From Patescibacteria group bacterium (GTDB lineage Bacteria > Patescibacteriota > Microgenomatia > UBA1400 > PJMF01), in assembly GCA_018816385.1 (NCBI GenBank), contig JAHIVK010000041.1, positions 1 through 46,440 on the forward strand: 46,440 nt of DNA. The letters are read 5' to 3'. Position 1 is the stretch's first letter. Each line of letters begins with the position of its first letter. The position numbers and the translations under genes were made by a program. Under the pieces are notes generated by a model. It saw only the letters and a program-made list of their open reading frames with translations. It was not told the origin of the DNA and searched no databases. This document shows, piece by piece, positions 7,964 to 16,501 of this stretch.

Positions 7964-8794
7964 TCAGCCAGCCAGTAACGACCACAATGTTTTGGGGATC
8001 TGCTCTACCAAGTCACTGGCGTTAAAGTATGGGCCTTGTTTTTGCCAAAGGGCCTCACCGGCTCGTTTGTTAACCAAGCTGGCCACCACAGCCGAAGACA
8101 ATGCTTCATTTTGACAGTAAAAACCGGCTACCAATCCCGCCAAAACATCTCCAGTCCCACCTTTAGTTAAACCTGGATTACCACCCATCACCTCAATTTG
8201 TTCTCTTAAACAGTAAACTACATCTGTCTGACCTTTACTCAAAATGGTGGCGCCAGTTTGGATCAGTCTCTCCAAGTTTGATCCGGCTCCACCATCAGCC
8301 AGCTTTGCCAACAACAAATCTAGTTCTTTTTGGTGGGGAGTGATAACGTGGCGGGAGTTTAACAGCTTGGGATCGATCATCTGCAAGGCACCGCCATCAA
8401 TCACCCACTTTTGTCCACTAAAGCGATTAATTAAGTCGTTCACTATCTCGCTGGTCACCTCCGATCGCTCCATGCCAGGGCCAATTAACACCGCATCATC
8501 TTCCTGGATATATGATTCGACTGCCGACCACTCAACCACAATCCCATTCCAAAAGCCTTGTTTAAGTTTAAAGCGAAATAGATCATTGTTTTCATTAGCC
8601 GGACTGGTTAAGTGGACCATGTCCACAATCCTGCTGGCTACATCCGCCGACCAAAAAATACTGGAGTGAAAAAGTCGGGAACCACCAATTACCAGTAACT
8701 TGCCGTTCTGGCCTTTGTGGGAATCCCCGTCTGGCAGACGAATTTTTTTTAGTTTTTTTTGAATTTGCGAAGATAATTTCATATTGGCAAACAT
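7964..8794 (-). CDS. nnrD: ADP/ATP-dependent NAD(P)H-hydrate dehydratase (YjeF C-terminal / carbohydrate kinase family)
   Basis: GKLLVIGGS near the N-terminus, plus the C-terminal GGNPGLTKGGTGDVLAGLVAG signature. Confidence 0.85.
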   Translation of the reverse strand: MFANMKLSSQIQKKLKKIRLPDGDSHKGQNGKLLVIGGSRLFHSSIFWSADVASRIVDMVHLTSPANENNDLFRFKLKQGFWNGIVVEWSAVESYIQEDDAVLIGPGMERSEVTSEIVNDLINRFSGQKWVIDGGALQMIDPKLLNSRHVITPHQKELDLLLAKLADGGAGSNLERLIQTGATILSKGQTDVVYCLREQIEVMGGNPGLTKGGTGDVLAGLVAGFYCQNEALSSAVVASLVNKRAGEALWQKQGPYFNASDLVEQIPKTLWSLLAG

Positions 8795-8912
8795 TATCTC
8801 ACGTATCTGGCTAGTTTTTTATCAAAAGTAAACAGCTCAAAACCGCTTAATTTATGAGGCTCTATCACTTCTCTCTGCCAGACTGGATAAAGAAAAAGTC
8901 TGGTAATTGACC

Positions 8913-9308
8913 CTAAAGATTTATGAGGGCTTTCTGAAGCTTGCGGTCAAAGCTCAAGAGTTTTTCTGCTCTGCCCATCTTCATTTGAGCCAACAGGTAG
9001 GCGTCAATCAAAGACAGTGTCTGCTGGGCGAAGATGCTTAAAGTCAAGTTCATTAACTGATAATCGAGTACAAAGACTTTGTCGGCCACGATTGAGCTCA
9101 ATAATCTGCTCACTCTAACTTTGGGTACTTGATACACACTTAGCAAAACATAGCCAATTTCCAGGAGAACGGCATCCGGCAAGACCAAGCTCTTGGGTAG
9201 GGCTTGGTTAAACCAAGTCTTGGCTTGACTGGCTTGAGTAGGATGATCCTCCAACAAGAAACGTAAAATAACGTTGGTGTTAACGAGAGCGATCTTCTTT
9301 TTGGGCAT
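8913..9308 (-). CDS. PIN-domain (VapC-like) toxin
   Basis: 131 aa. The N-terminal IALVNTNVILRFLLED resembles the PIN motif (vlDTNVli). It overlaps the upstream AbrB-type antitoxin gene. The first acidic residue appears to be Asn. Confidence 0.6.
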   Translation of the reverse strand: MPKKKIALVNTNVILRFLLEDHPTQASQAKTWFNQALPKSLVLPDAVLLEIGYVLLSVYQVPKVRVSRLLSSIVADKVFVLDYQLMNLTLSIFAQQTLSLIDAYLLAQMKMGRAEKLLSFDRKLQKALINL

Positions 9309-9552
9309 ATTCTTGAATTTTGTAAACGCTTATACGCCGATCTATTTCTTTGTCGGTTAAAACCTTGCCTTTGACATAAGATTTTAGACAACCTGCCAAT
9401 GAAAGAAAGCTTTGGTTTTTTTTGACACTGACCAATGGTTGGGCAGAGAGGTCAAAAGTAATACTTTCCCCCGCTTCAACTCCCAAGGCTTGGCGCACTA
9501 TCTTGGGAATAATGATCTGGTTCTGACTACTCAAGGTGGCTGTGTACTGCAT
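9280..9552 (-). CDS. AbrB/MazE/SpoVT-family antitoxin
   Basis: IIIPKIVRQALGVEAGESITF is a typical looped-hinge-helix AbrB motif. 90 aa, located directly upstream of the PIN gene. Confidence 0.7.
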   Translation of the reverse strand: MQYTATLSSQNQIIIPKIVRQALGVEAGESITFDLSAQPLVSVKKNQSFLSLAGCLKSYVKGKVLTDKEIDRRISVYKIQEYAQKEDRSR

Positions 9553-9644
9553 AACTACTTAACATTGTACCTCAACATTTAGATTTGTCAAATACTTTGG
9601 TTTTTGAAAAGTTAAATATTAGCACGGCTTGACAAACAATTCAC

Positions 9645-10712
9645 TTAAAGAGTAATTTTGGTGAGCTTGGGAAAAGTTTTGCTGATTCTTTCCCCAATCC
9701 CCTGGCTGGCTGTGGTAATCATCGATTGGCGGCCCTCCAGCAAAGACAGAGTAAAGGTTCGGCTGGGACTGTCTAGTTCGGACAAAATGTCATCCAAAAG
9801 GAGCATGGGCGTTTCCTTGAGCTCCTGCTCGATGTACGCCAGTTGGCAAGTTTTGAGCCACAAGACCGCCAGCCTCTGCTGACCTCTTGAACCATAGATC
9901 GCCACATCTTTGAATTGGTCTGTCTGACCTCGATTTATGTTCACAACATCGGCCGCTACCACGAAGTCATCCTTGTGAGGGCCAATTAAAGCGTGGCCGG
10001 CGGCAATGGCACGAGGTTGATACTCGTTTAACCGTTCATCAGAAATTAAAGATGGTAAATAAGTCGCAGAAAATCGAACTGGAAACTTAGTTTGCTGGGT
10101 GGCGCCCAGCCACTTTCGTCGGTAGTTTTGCAGAATCTCCCCATGCTTGATTAAACTCATGTTCCAGTATTGAAGCGTAGTTTGAGGCTGTTCCCCATCT
10201 CGAACCGCTTGCAGAAGTTTATTCAAGCGAACTAAAGTTCTTTCATAGGTAGTCAGCGACCTGGCATATTCAGGAGAAAAACTAGTTGAAACTTGATCTA
10301 AAAATGCCCGTCTTCTTCTGGGAGAACCCTCAACCAATCTCAAGTCTTCCGGCCTAAACACCACTACTTGAAACTGACCCACCACATCTTTACCTCTTTT
10401 CTTGACCGAGTTAATTCGATAATGCTTATACGGAGTGCGTTGACCTTGAAGTAAACCTCTAGTTAACAAGATTTCGATTTTATCTTCCAAAGTAGCAACT
10501 TTAATTCTAGCCAGTTCCTGCTCAAAAGTAATCATTTCATCAGCTTTGCCAGCTCGAAAACTTTGACCAGTGCTGGCTAAAAACAAAGCCTCAATGATAG
10601 AAGTTTTACCACTACCGTTACCGCCCACAATCAATGTCACCGCCTGATCTAATTTAAGTTTTAAATTAATATGAGACCGGAAATTTTCTAGATCCAACTG
10701 CTTGAGCAACAT
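9645..10712 (-). CDS. recF: DNA replication and repair protein RecF
   Basis: LENFRSH...VGGNGSGKTSIIEALF (Walker A), LLLDDILSELD (Walker B/D-loop), and GQQRLAVLWLK (signature-like). Confidence 0.9.
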   Translation of the reverse strand: MLLKQLDLENFRSHINLKLKLDQAVTLIVGGNGSGKTSIIEALFLASTGQSFRAGKADEMITFEQELARIKVATLEDKIEILLTRGLLQGQRTPYKHYRINSVKKRGKDVVGQFQVVVFRPEDLRLVEGSPRRRRAFLDQVSTSFSPEYARSLTTYERTLVRLNKLLQAVRDGEQPQTTLQYWNMSLIKHGEILQNYRRKWLGATQQTKFPVRFSATYLPSLISDERLNEYQPRAIAAGHALIGPHKDDFVVAADVVNINRGQTDQFKDVAIYGSRGQQRLAVLWLKTCQLAYIEQELKETPMLLLDDILSELDSPSRTFTLSLLEGRQSMITTASQGIGERISKTFPKLTKITL

Positions 10713-10749
10713 CTTGAGTCGATTATATCAGGGCTAAGATGGAGTGAGA

Positions 10750-11061
10750 TTACTGCAAACCAACTACTAAATCTTTACCCATGGCTTGAGCCATGTGCAT
10801 GAGAGTTTCAAGAGTAGTATTGCGTCTGCCTGACTCAACCTTAACCACTGTGGCACGGGGTAAGTTGGCTTTTTCTGACAACTCTTTTTGAGTCAAACCA
10901 ATTTCCTGACGGAGATTTCTTAAAGAAACAACTAATTGATAGTATTTTTTCTCGTTTTCAACTGCTTGCCAATCTTCTTTAGTAGAATCGCCAGTTATAT
11001 TATCAATCGATACCACTTTTGGTCTGGTTTTATTAATTAAAGTTATTGGTTTTTTGTTCAT
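10750..11061 (-). CDS. XRE-family HTH protein (HigA-like antitoxin)
   Basis: LRNLRQEIGLTQKELSEKANLPRATVVKVESGRRNTTLETLMHMAQAMG is a Cro/C1 HTH. An AAGGAG SD lies 7 nt upstream. It sits immediately downstream of the HigB-like ORF. Confidence 0.8.
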   Translation of the reverse strand: MNKKPITLINKTRPKVVSIDNITGDSTKEDWQAVENEKKYYQLVVSLRNLRQEIGLTQKELSEKANLPRATVVKVESGRRNTTLETLMHMAQAMGKDLVVGLQ

Positions 11062-11084
11062 ACTTTCTCCTTATGCAAATTCAC

Positions 11085-11291
11085 TTAATCTTTTCTGAGC
11101 TTTATTCCTTGATGCTTGATTCTGATTTCGTATATAGCTGGACGTATAGTAAGTTTCTTAGCAAAAGGTTCATATAACTGACCAGTTTCTGCCAAAATAT
11201 CAGTATAAGCTTTGATTTTTGCACGAACAGCTTTTGGAAATTTACCAATTTCCTTTTCTGCTCTTGAATCGAGTGTGACTTGTTTCTTCAC
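11085..11291 (-). CDS. HigB/Gp49-like toxin, apparently C-terminally truncated (possible remnant)
   Basis: GTG start. LDSRAEKEIGKFPKAVRAKI...IYEIRIKHQG resembles RelE/Gp49-family N-terminal halves. The ORF stops at 68 aa, 23 nt before the antitoxin start. Confidence 0.45.
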   Translation of the reverse strand: MKKQVTLDSRAEKEIGKFPKAVRAKIKAYTDILAETGQLYEPFAKKLTIRPAIYEIRIKHQGIKLRKD

Positions 11292-11335
11292 TCACCATAG
11301 TGTGACATATATGTTACTTTTGTCAAGAATTAGAA

Positions 11336-11395
11336 TAGACTTGTAGTGAAATAAGATTCGTAAGTAGCCGTTGTGCTTATTTTGCTACAAGTCTA
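11336..11395. repeat. Inverted pair of cassette cores between the SpoIID-like stop and the higB-like start
   Basis: TAGACTTGTAGTGAAATAAG (11336-11355) against CTTATTTTGCTACAAGTCTA (11376-11395): a 20-bp inverted repeat with 2 mismatches and a 20-nt spacer containing GTAAGTAGCC (compare the window-edge sequence ATAAGTAGCC). Confidence 0.8.
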
Positions 11396-11397
11396 AT

Positions 11398-13137
11398 TTA
11401 CTTGTGTTCAATATTAAATAGACCAGATTTCAAAGCAATTCTGCCCGGAGCTCGCAGATTGAAAGCTTTATGAAACTCTAAACCCTTGATAGTGACTTCT
11501 CCCCGATCGGTCTGGAATTTAACTTCTGATGTCACGCCATTAGTACTATAAGTCACAGATACATTATTCACTTGATTGTAACCACCACTCAAACCATTAG
11601 CTCTATCTTTGAGCTCATTGATCGAATAAGGATTGCCTCCCCAGCAACCACCGCTAGGAGTGACTCGATCATCACTTTGACCATTTTTAATAATCACCAC
11701 CCAAGCATTAATCACATCAGCCATTTCTTGACCAGTTAACCAAGGATGAGATCGACCACAACTATCACCTGACCGGCTTTTATACCAGCCTTTATAAAAC
11801 CAAGGACTTTCGGCAATTTTTTCATAAGCCCCAGAGGTCCAACCCTCTCGACCATTTTGGGTGTCCCAAAAACCAGGCGTGCTATAACCATTGCCAGAGT
11901 ATGATTCTTGATAACCACCAGATGTGCTGGCATACCAAGTCGAAAAAGGCTGACCATTGGCATAGACCACTTTGCCCCGAGTCTCGTTGACGGCTTTTTC
12001 CCAGTTACCCCCTTTGGGATTGGGTTTAAAAACCTGGCAACTTTCGGTGGCACAGATTGAACCACCTCGAGCTAAAGCATAACTGCGAGCCGCGATGGCT
12101 TGGGCCTTGAGAGCTTCCATGCCTCCTTCATCTCCCCAACTGCTAGGAACTTCGTAAATTCTTTTAGCGTACTCTTCCAGTGAGTAAGTGCCATAACCCT
12201 GAACATTAATTTGGGCATCTGGGTTGTGATCTTTAATCTCAATCCCGCCACCATAATAGGCTCGTAAAATTTCCTCATAACTTTGACCACTCTTGGCTCG
12301 ACCCAAAGCTCCGTACTGACTCATGCCTTTAAAGTGAGGCGCTCCAAATGAAAAGGCGGCAAAAGCTGGACTAAATCCTGGATTGTAATCAGGCCGGCTA
12401 GCCGGGTCATCGGCCAAAGGCACATCACCGACCGTGGTTTGAAAAGTGCCAGATTTCTGAGATAGAATTTCTTGCTGTCTGGCGGAAAGCTCGGCAATCT
12501 GACTGGATAATTTCTGCTGATAATCCTTAGCTTTAGCAATCTCATCTTTAAAGAACTCAACCTGACTATCCAGTTGTTTTTCTAACTTGGCCAAGATAAC
12601 CTGGCGATCTTCATAAGCCTGTTTATCTCGCTCCAAGCCCACAATATCCTCACCAATGGTCTGGACTAACTGCCGATCTTGAGCTTTGATGGAACTGCGA
12701 TAAGCTAAATCTTTGGTCAACTGACCAGCCGTATCACTAGCCATGACAGATAAAAGTGGACTAGCCGATCGCCCTCGTTTGTACTGCTCTCCTACCCTGC
12801 GAGCAAATAGTTGATAGGAAACGGCTAAATCCAGCTCTCTCTGCTTAATGTTCTGGGCAGTTAAAATAGCCTGCTGTTTGGCTTGGGCAATACCGGCTCG
12901 GGCCGAGGCAATGCGGACCGTGAGACCGGCCACTTCTTTTTCCAAAGGTGTAGTGGCATCAGCCGATAGTTTGCGCAGTTTTTCCAGTTCGTTGATTTGT
13001 TGTTGCAGATCTGTGACTGGATCAATGGCCCGGGTTATAAACACTTGCCAATTCGGTCTCACCCCACTCAAGCCAGCCAACAAAGCCAGCAGGACCAGCC
13101 AAACACCCAGTTTTGTGGTTAGATTTATCTTGGGCAT
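11398..13137 (-). CDS. SpoIID/LytB-domain cell-wall protein with an N-terminal signal anchor and coiled coil
   Basis: The N-terminal TM is LGVWLVLLALLAGL. A Q/E/K-rich coiled coil follows. The SpoIID-like segment is YSLEEYAKRIYEVPSSWGDEGGMEALKAQAIAARSYAL...CATESCQVF. Confidence 0.75.
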   Translation of the reverse strand: MPKINLTTKLGVWLVLLALLAGLSGVRPNWQVFITRAIDPVTDLQQQINELEKLRKLSADATTPLEKEVAGLTVRIASARAGIAQAKQQAILTAQNIKQRELDLAVSYQLFARRVGEQYKRGRSASPLLSVMASDTAGQLTKDLAYRSSIKAQDRQLVQTIGEDIVGLERDKQAYEDRQVILAKLEKQLDSQVEFFKDEIAKAKDYQQKLSSQIAELSARQQEILSQKSGTFQTTVGDVPLADDPASRPDYNPGFSPAFAAFSFGAPHFKGMSQYGALGRAKSGQSYEEILRAYYGGGIEIKDHNPDAQINVQGYGTYSLEEYAKRIYEVPSSWGDEGGMEALKAQAIAARSYALARGGSICATESCQVFKPNPKGGNWEKAVNETRGKVVYANGQPFSTWYASTSGGYQESYSGNGYSTPGFWDTQNGREGWTSGAYEKIAESPWFYKGWYKSRSGDSCGRSHPWLTGQEMADVINAWVVIIKNGQSDDRVTPSGGCWGGNPYSINELKDRANGLSGGYNQVNNVSVTYSTNGVTSEVKFQTDRGEVTIKGLEFHKAFNLRAPGRIALKSGLFNIEHK

Positions 13138-13143
13138 GGTAGT

Positions 13144-13305
13144 AACCTCAATTCCAAAATAGATCTTGAGGAAATTGTATTATATTAAGACAATTTTAAC
13201 ATTTTCTGAAGACGATAGTAGCCGGAGCTACTTAAGGATGAAATAAAGTGGTAAAATTGCTCACATAGAATGAAATTAACCAAGATCTATTTTGGAATTG
13301 AGGTT
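13144..13305. repeat. 25-bp perfect inverted repeat flanking a 112-bp insert, in the divergent intergenic region at the left edge of the pilin/T4SS block
   Basis: AACCTCAATTCCAAAATAGATCTTG (13144-13168) is the exact reverse complement of 13281-13305. The insert contains a degenerate copy of the GACGATAGTAGCC core repeat. Confidence 0.85.
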
Positions 13306-13390
13306 AAAATAATAGCCTAATATAGCTATATATTGATCTTGGGTTTGTTATAACTATAGCAACTTGATAAATAATTAGGCGAAAAATAGT

Positions 13391-14623
13391 ATGAAGTTAT
13401 TTTCACAAATATTAAGCGGATTACTTATATCAATGGTGGTTTTTACTGGAACTGGTCAATTTAATTTGGCAAAAGCTACAGGCAAGTGTGATGTAGAAGA
13501 ATTTATTGGTGAAACAAGTTTACCAAATGAAGTTCTGCTTGGAACTGAGATATCGATGAATTTTAAAGTTACTTTAAAAAATAACGTCCTGGCGAATAAC
13601 GCCCAATACACTGTTAAAATTGAAAAAGGTTCCGGTAATTTCGACCCGGTTGGTACTGCTGTAGCATCGGGTGGTTCAATAACGTTTACTGGAGAATATA
13701 AGTTTACAGATGAGAAAGAAAAGTTTTATTTAATCATTTCTGGACCGGGTTTGGAAAATTTTTTGTCTTTGACTAATGGATGCTCAATTCACGAGTTTCG
13801 CCAAGTAAGTGGGCTTAAAAATCTTAGTTACAAAAATATATATATCAAACAAACAAGAGATGGTAAAACCTGTTACGGAGGATTTGGAACTGCTAGCAAC
13901 AGTTGCCTGGAAACTGGTAGTCCTTTTGAAGTAATTATTCAAGGTTTATTATATGGACGATCAATTTGGGCGAACCAAAAGGTCTGGGTCGGATTAGATA
14001 CAGGGCTAGGTACGTCTTCGCTATTAACAACTGATAGCAGTGGTAATCTTGATCCAATATCATATCATTCAAATAAAGTTGGATCTCATACTTTATATGT
14101 TGAATACCCCAGTGGTGCATTTCAAACAGGATTAGGAACCAGCAACTTTTTTTATAAAAAACAATTTTATTTAAGCTCTAATTGTAATCCAGATCAGTGC
14201 GATCAAACAGAACCTACCTACACTGGTTCGGACAATATAGCTAGCGTGCCATATAAAATTTGTGACCAAATTGATCAAAACAAATTCAAAGAATTATATG
14301 ATAATTGTATCACTTGTGTTGGTGATGACGAGGAAGGTCGAGAAGGTGTCTGGACCGCGATTGGTTGTATTAAAAAAGACCCCATCCAAATAGTTCAAAA
14401 TCTAATTAGAATTGGTTTGGGTATGGGGGGAGGTGTGGCCCTACTGATGATTCTGGCCTCTGGATTTATTTTTTCCATTTCTCAAGGTGACCCCAAAAAA
14501 GTCGGCGATGCTAAAGAAATGGTCGTCGCGGCCGTGACAGGCTTGTTGTTTGTGATTTTTTCTGTCACCATTCTGGAGTTTATTGGTTACTCGGTCTTTC
14601 GCATACCAGGGTTTGGAGGGTAA
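13391..14623 (+). CDS. Secreted protein with a C-terminal T4SS pilin-like (VirB2/TrbC-like) two-helix module (paralogue 1)
   Basis: It has a signal peptide. The C-terminus reads GGGVALLMILASGFIFSISQGDPKKVGDAKEMVVAAVTGLLFVIFSV: hydrophobic helix, short basic loop, hydrophobic helix, as in paralogues 2-11. Confidence 0.6.
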   Translation: MKLFSQILSGLLISMVVFTGTGQFNLAKATGKCDVEEFIGETSLPNEVLLGTEISMNFKVTLKNNVLANNAQYTVKIEKGSGNFDPVGTAVASGGSITFTGEYKFTDEKEKFYLIISGPGLENFLSLTNGCSIHEFRQVSGLKNLSYKNIYIKQTRDGKTCYGGFGTASNSCLETGSPFEVIIQGLLYGRSIWANQKVWVGLDTGLGTSSLLTTDSSGNLDPISYHSNKVGSHTLYVEYPSGAFQTGLGTSNFFYKKQFYLSSNCNPDQCDQTEPTYTGSDNIASVPYKICDQIDQNKFKELYDNCITCVGDDEEGREGVWTAIGCIKKDPIQIVQNLIRIGLGMGGGVALLMILASGFIFSISQGDPKKVGDAKEMVVAAVTGLLFVIFSVTILEFIGYSVFRIPGFGG

Positions 14624-14635
14624 AAAAATAACAAA

Positions 14636-15670
14636 ATGAAAAAATTAATCAAGATATTCAAGCAGTTAACAATAGGTGGAATGTTCGCACTTGCGCTTTG
14701 TTTGGGATTTGTAACTCAAGTTAAGGCAGTAGATTGCGCCAAAATATACGACAGATGGAACACTCTATTTTTTTGTGATCTCAATAACAACCAAGCATCA
14801 GATCAAGGAGAAAAGCCCTATACCATCTGTGCTACAAATCAGATTGGTCAACCGTGTTGTGCCGGAACTAGTGATTTAGCAGTATCAGCTTGTGCGCAGA
14901 TAATTTCTCCACCACTTTGCGGAGTCACCCGTTATTCAAGTGTCATAATAGGACACTACTGTGATACAAACCTAAATTCTAAACTCGATGTCTTTGACAA
15001 CACAAGAAATGAGGGTATATTTACCGACTGTGTTGGATCACCCTCTCGTCGAGAGAGTCACCCATGTTGCATTGGTCCTGATGCCATAGCAAAATGTACT
15101 CAGGCTCTATCTCCCACTGCGATTCCCGCTACGATTCCTACTCCCATAACCTTGGCTTGCGGTAATACATTTCCACAAGCTCAAATAGCATCAACTACTT
15201 GTACTTGCCCCCATCCAATTAAAGCAATGGAAGAAAATGATTTATATTGTTGCGGATGGATTGATCCCAGTGATAAAACAAAGTGCCTAAAAACTAACCC
15301 TGGCGGAATTGAGCATCCTTTTGATGCGCCTTCTAGCGAAACTTTTGATTCTCTGAATCCCTTGTGGATTGGCGGAGGAGATTCAATCCAAGATGCAACT
15401 GGCGCCACGTCTCCATACGCCAGCGACCTTTCCACCCCAGGGGGCATCATTTCTCGCTTACTTGACTTTATCTTCCCCATCGCCGGCTTAATCTTATTTG
15501 TCATGCTGGTTTGGGGTGGCTTTGAAATGTTGATTGGAGCTCCCACCAAGAAATCAATTGAAGCTGGCAAAAATCGCATCACTGCCGCCATCATTGGCTT
15601 CCTATTGCTGTTTGCCTCATACTGGTTAATGCAAATTGTGGAAGTAGTATTTGGTATAGTGGTTTTATAA
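14636..15670 (+). CDS. Secreted Cys-rich protein with a C-terminal pilin-like module (paralogue 2)
   Basis: Signal peptide ending VKA. Many Cys residues. The C-terminus is LILFVMLVWGGFEMLIGAPTKKSIEAGKNRITAAIIGFLLLFASYW. Confidence 0.6.
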   Translation: MKKLIKIFKQLTIGGMFALALCLGFVTQVKAVDCAKIYDRWNTLFFCDLNNNQASDQGEKPYTICATNQIGQPCCAGTSDLAVSACAQIISPPLCGVTRYSSVIIGHYCDTNLNSKLDVFDNTRNEGIFTDCVGSPSRRESHPCCIGPDAIAKCTQALSPTAIPATIPTPITLACGNTFPQAQIASTTCTCPHPIKAMEENDLYCCGWIDPSDKTKCLKTNPGGIEHPFDAPSSETFDSLNPLWIGGGDSIQDATGATSPYASDLSTPGGIISRLLDFIFPIAGLILFVMLVWGGFEMLIGAPTKKSIEAGKNRITAAIIGFLLLFASYWLMQIVEVVFGIVVL

Positions 15671-15694
15671 TAGACTTACTGCGAAAATAGACTT

Positions 15695-16060
15695 ATGTTT
15701 AACCTCATTTCTCAAGCGCAAGCCCAAGTTGCCAGTCAAGGTGGTTGTAATCCTGGCGAAGGTGGTCTTAATCTAGGAGACTGTCTCCAGTTGAGTGATA
15801 GCACTCACGTCAGTAGCAAATACAGTTCTTTAAGCTTTCTGGTAAATTTAGTGGTGCGTAATGTTTTTGTCATTGCTGGTATTGGATTGTTTATCATGTT
15901 TTTTGTAGCCGGTTTCCAGTTTATTGCTAAAGGCAAACAAGGCATTGAAGATGCCAAGCAAACAGCCACGGCGGCTGTCTTGGGTTTTGTGATTATGTTT
16001 TGCGCCTACTGGATAGTGCAGCTTGTGAAATATATCACTGACACCAATATTTTGCTTTAA
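15695..16060 (+). CDS. T4SS pilin-like protein (paralogue 3)
   Basis: 121 aa with FIMFFVAGFQFIAKGKQGIEDAKQTATAAVLGFVIMFCAYW. A short cassette (TAGACTTACTGCGAAAATAGACTT-ATG) lies upstream. Confidence 0.65.
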   Translation: MFNLISQAQAQVASQGGCNPGEGGLNLGDCLQLSDSTHVSSKYSSLSFLVNLVVRNVFVIAGIGLFIMFFVAGFQFIAKGKQGIEDAKQTATAAVLGFVIMFCAYWIVQLVKYITDTNILL

Positions 16061-16067
16061 AAAAATT

Positions 16068-16448
16068 ATGCTAACTCCATCCACCCTCCTCGCTCAAGCT
16101 CCTCAACTGGAAGACGTGGTGGGCATGATTGACACTCCACCCGGCATCGACAAGCAAATTACTGCCGCCGGTATAGGACCCGGAGATAACGCATTGTTAT
16201 TTTTTATTTCTAATCTCTTACGAATTGCCACTATTCTGGTCGGAGTCTGGGTATTGTTTAATGTCCTGCTGGCGGGCTACGATTTTATTTCTTCACAAGG
16301 TAAATCAGACGCATATCAAAAAGTGCGTGATAAATTGACAATGAGTGTGATTGGCTTACTGTTGATCACAGTGGCTTACACCATTGGTGGCTTGATCGGA
16401 TTAATTTTGTTTGGGGATGCCGGCTATCTACTTAATCCGCAGTTTTAG
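16068..16448 (+). CDS. T4SS pilin-like protein (paralogue 4)
   Basis: 126 aa with VWVLFNVLLAGYDFISSQGKSDAYQKVRDKLTMSVIGLLLITVAY. Confidence 0.65.
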   Translation: MLTPSTLLAQAPQLEDVVGMIDTPPGIDKQITAAGIGPGDNALLFFISNLLRIATILVGVWVLFNVLLAGYDFISSQGKSDAYQKVRDKLTMSVIGLLLITVAYTIGGLIGLILFGDAGYLLNPQF

Positions 16449-16501
16449 ATAAATAGACTTATAGCGAAATAAGAAACGAAATCAGAAAGCTCGAGCAAGC
16501 A

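Noticed and set aside
7758-8114. 118-aa plus-strand ORF (MQGKGNGSSSLREEDDGRGHLSSSRQQG...)
   Set aside because: It is a read-through of the GC-rich palindromic repeat cluster (7776-7951) and then overlaps the 3' end of the well-supported nnrD gene on the other strand. The low-complexity translation is typical of repeat artefacts.
8878-8903. Hairpin CCAGACT-N12-AGTCTGG downstream of the PIN gene, considered as an intrinsic terminator
   Set aside because: The stem is only 7 bp with a 12-nt loop, and there is no U-tract after it on the transcribed (minus) strand.
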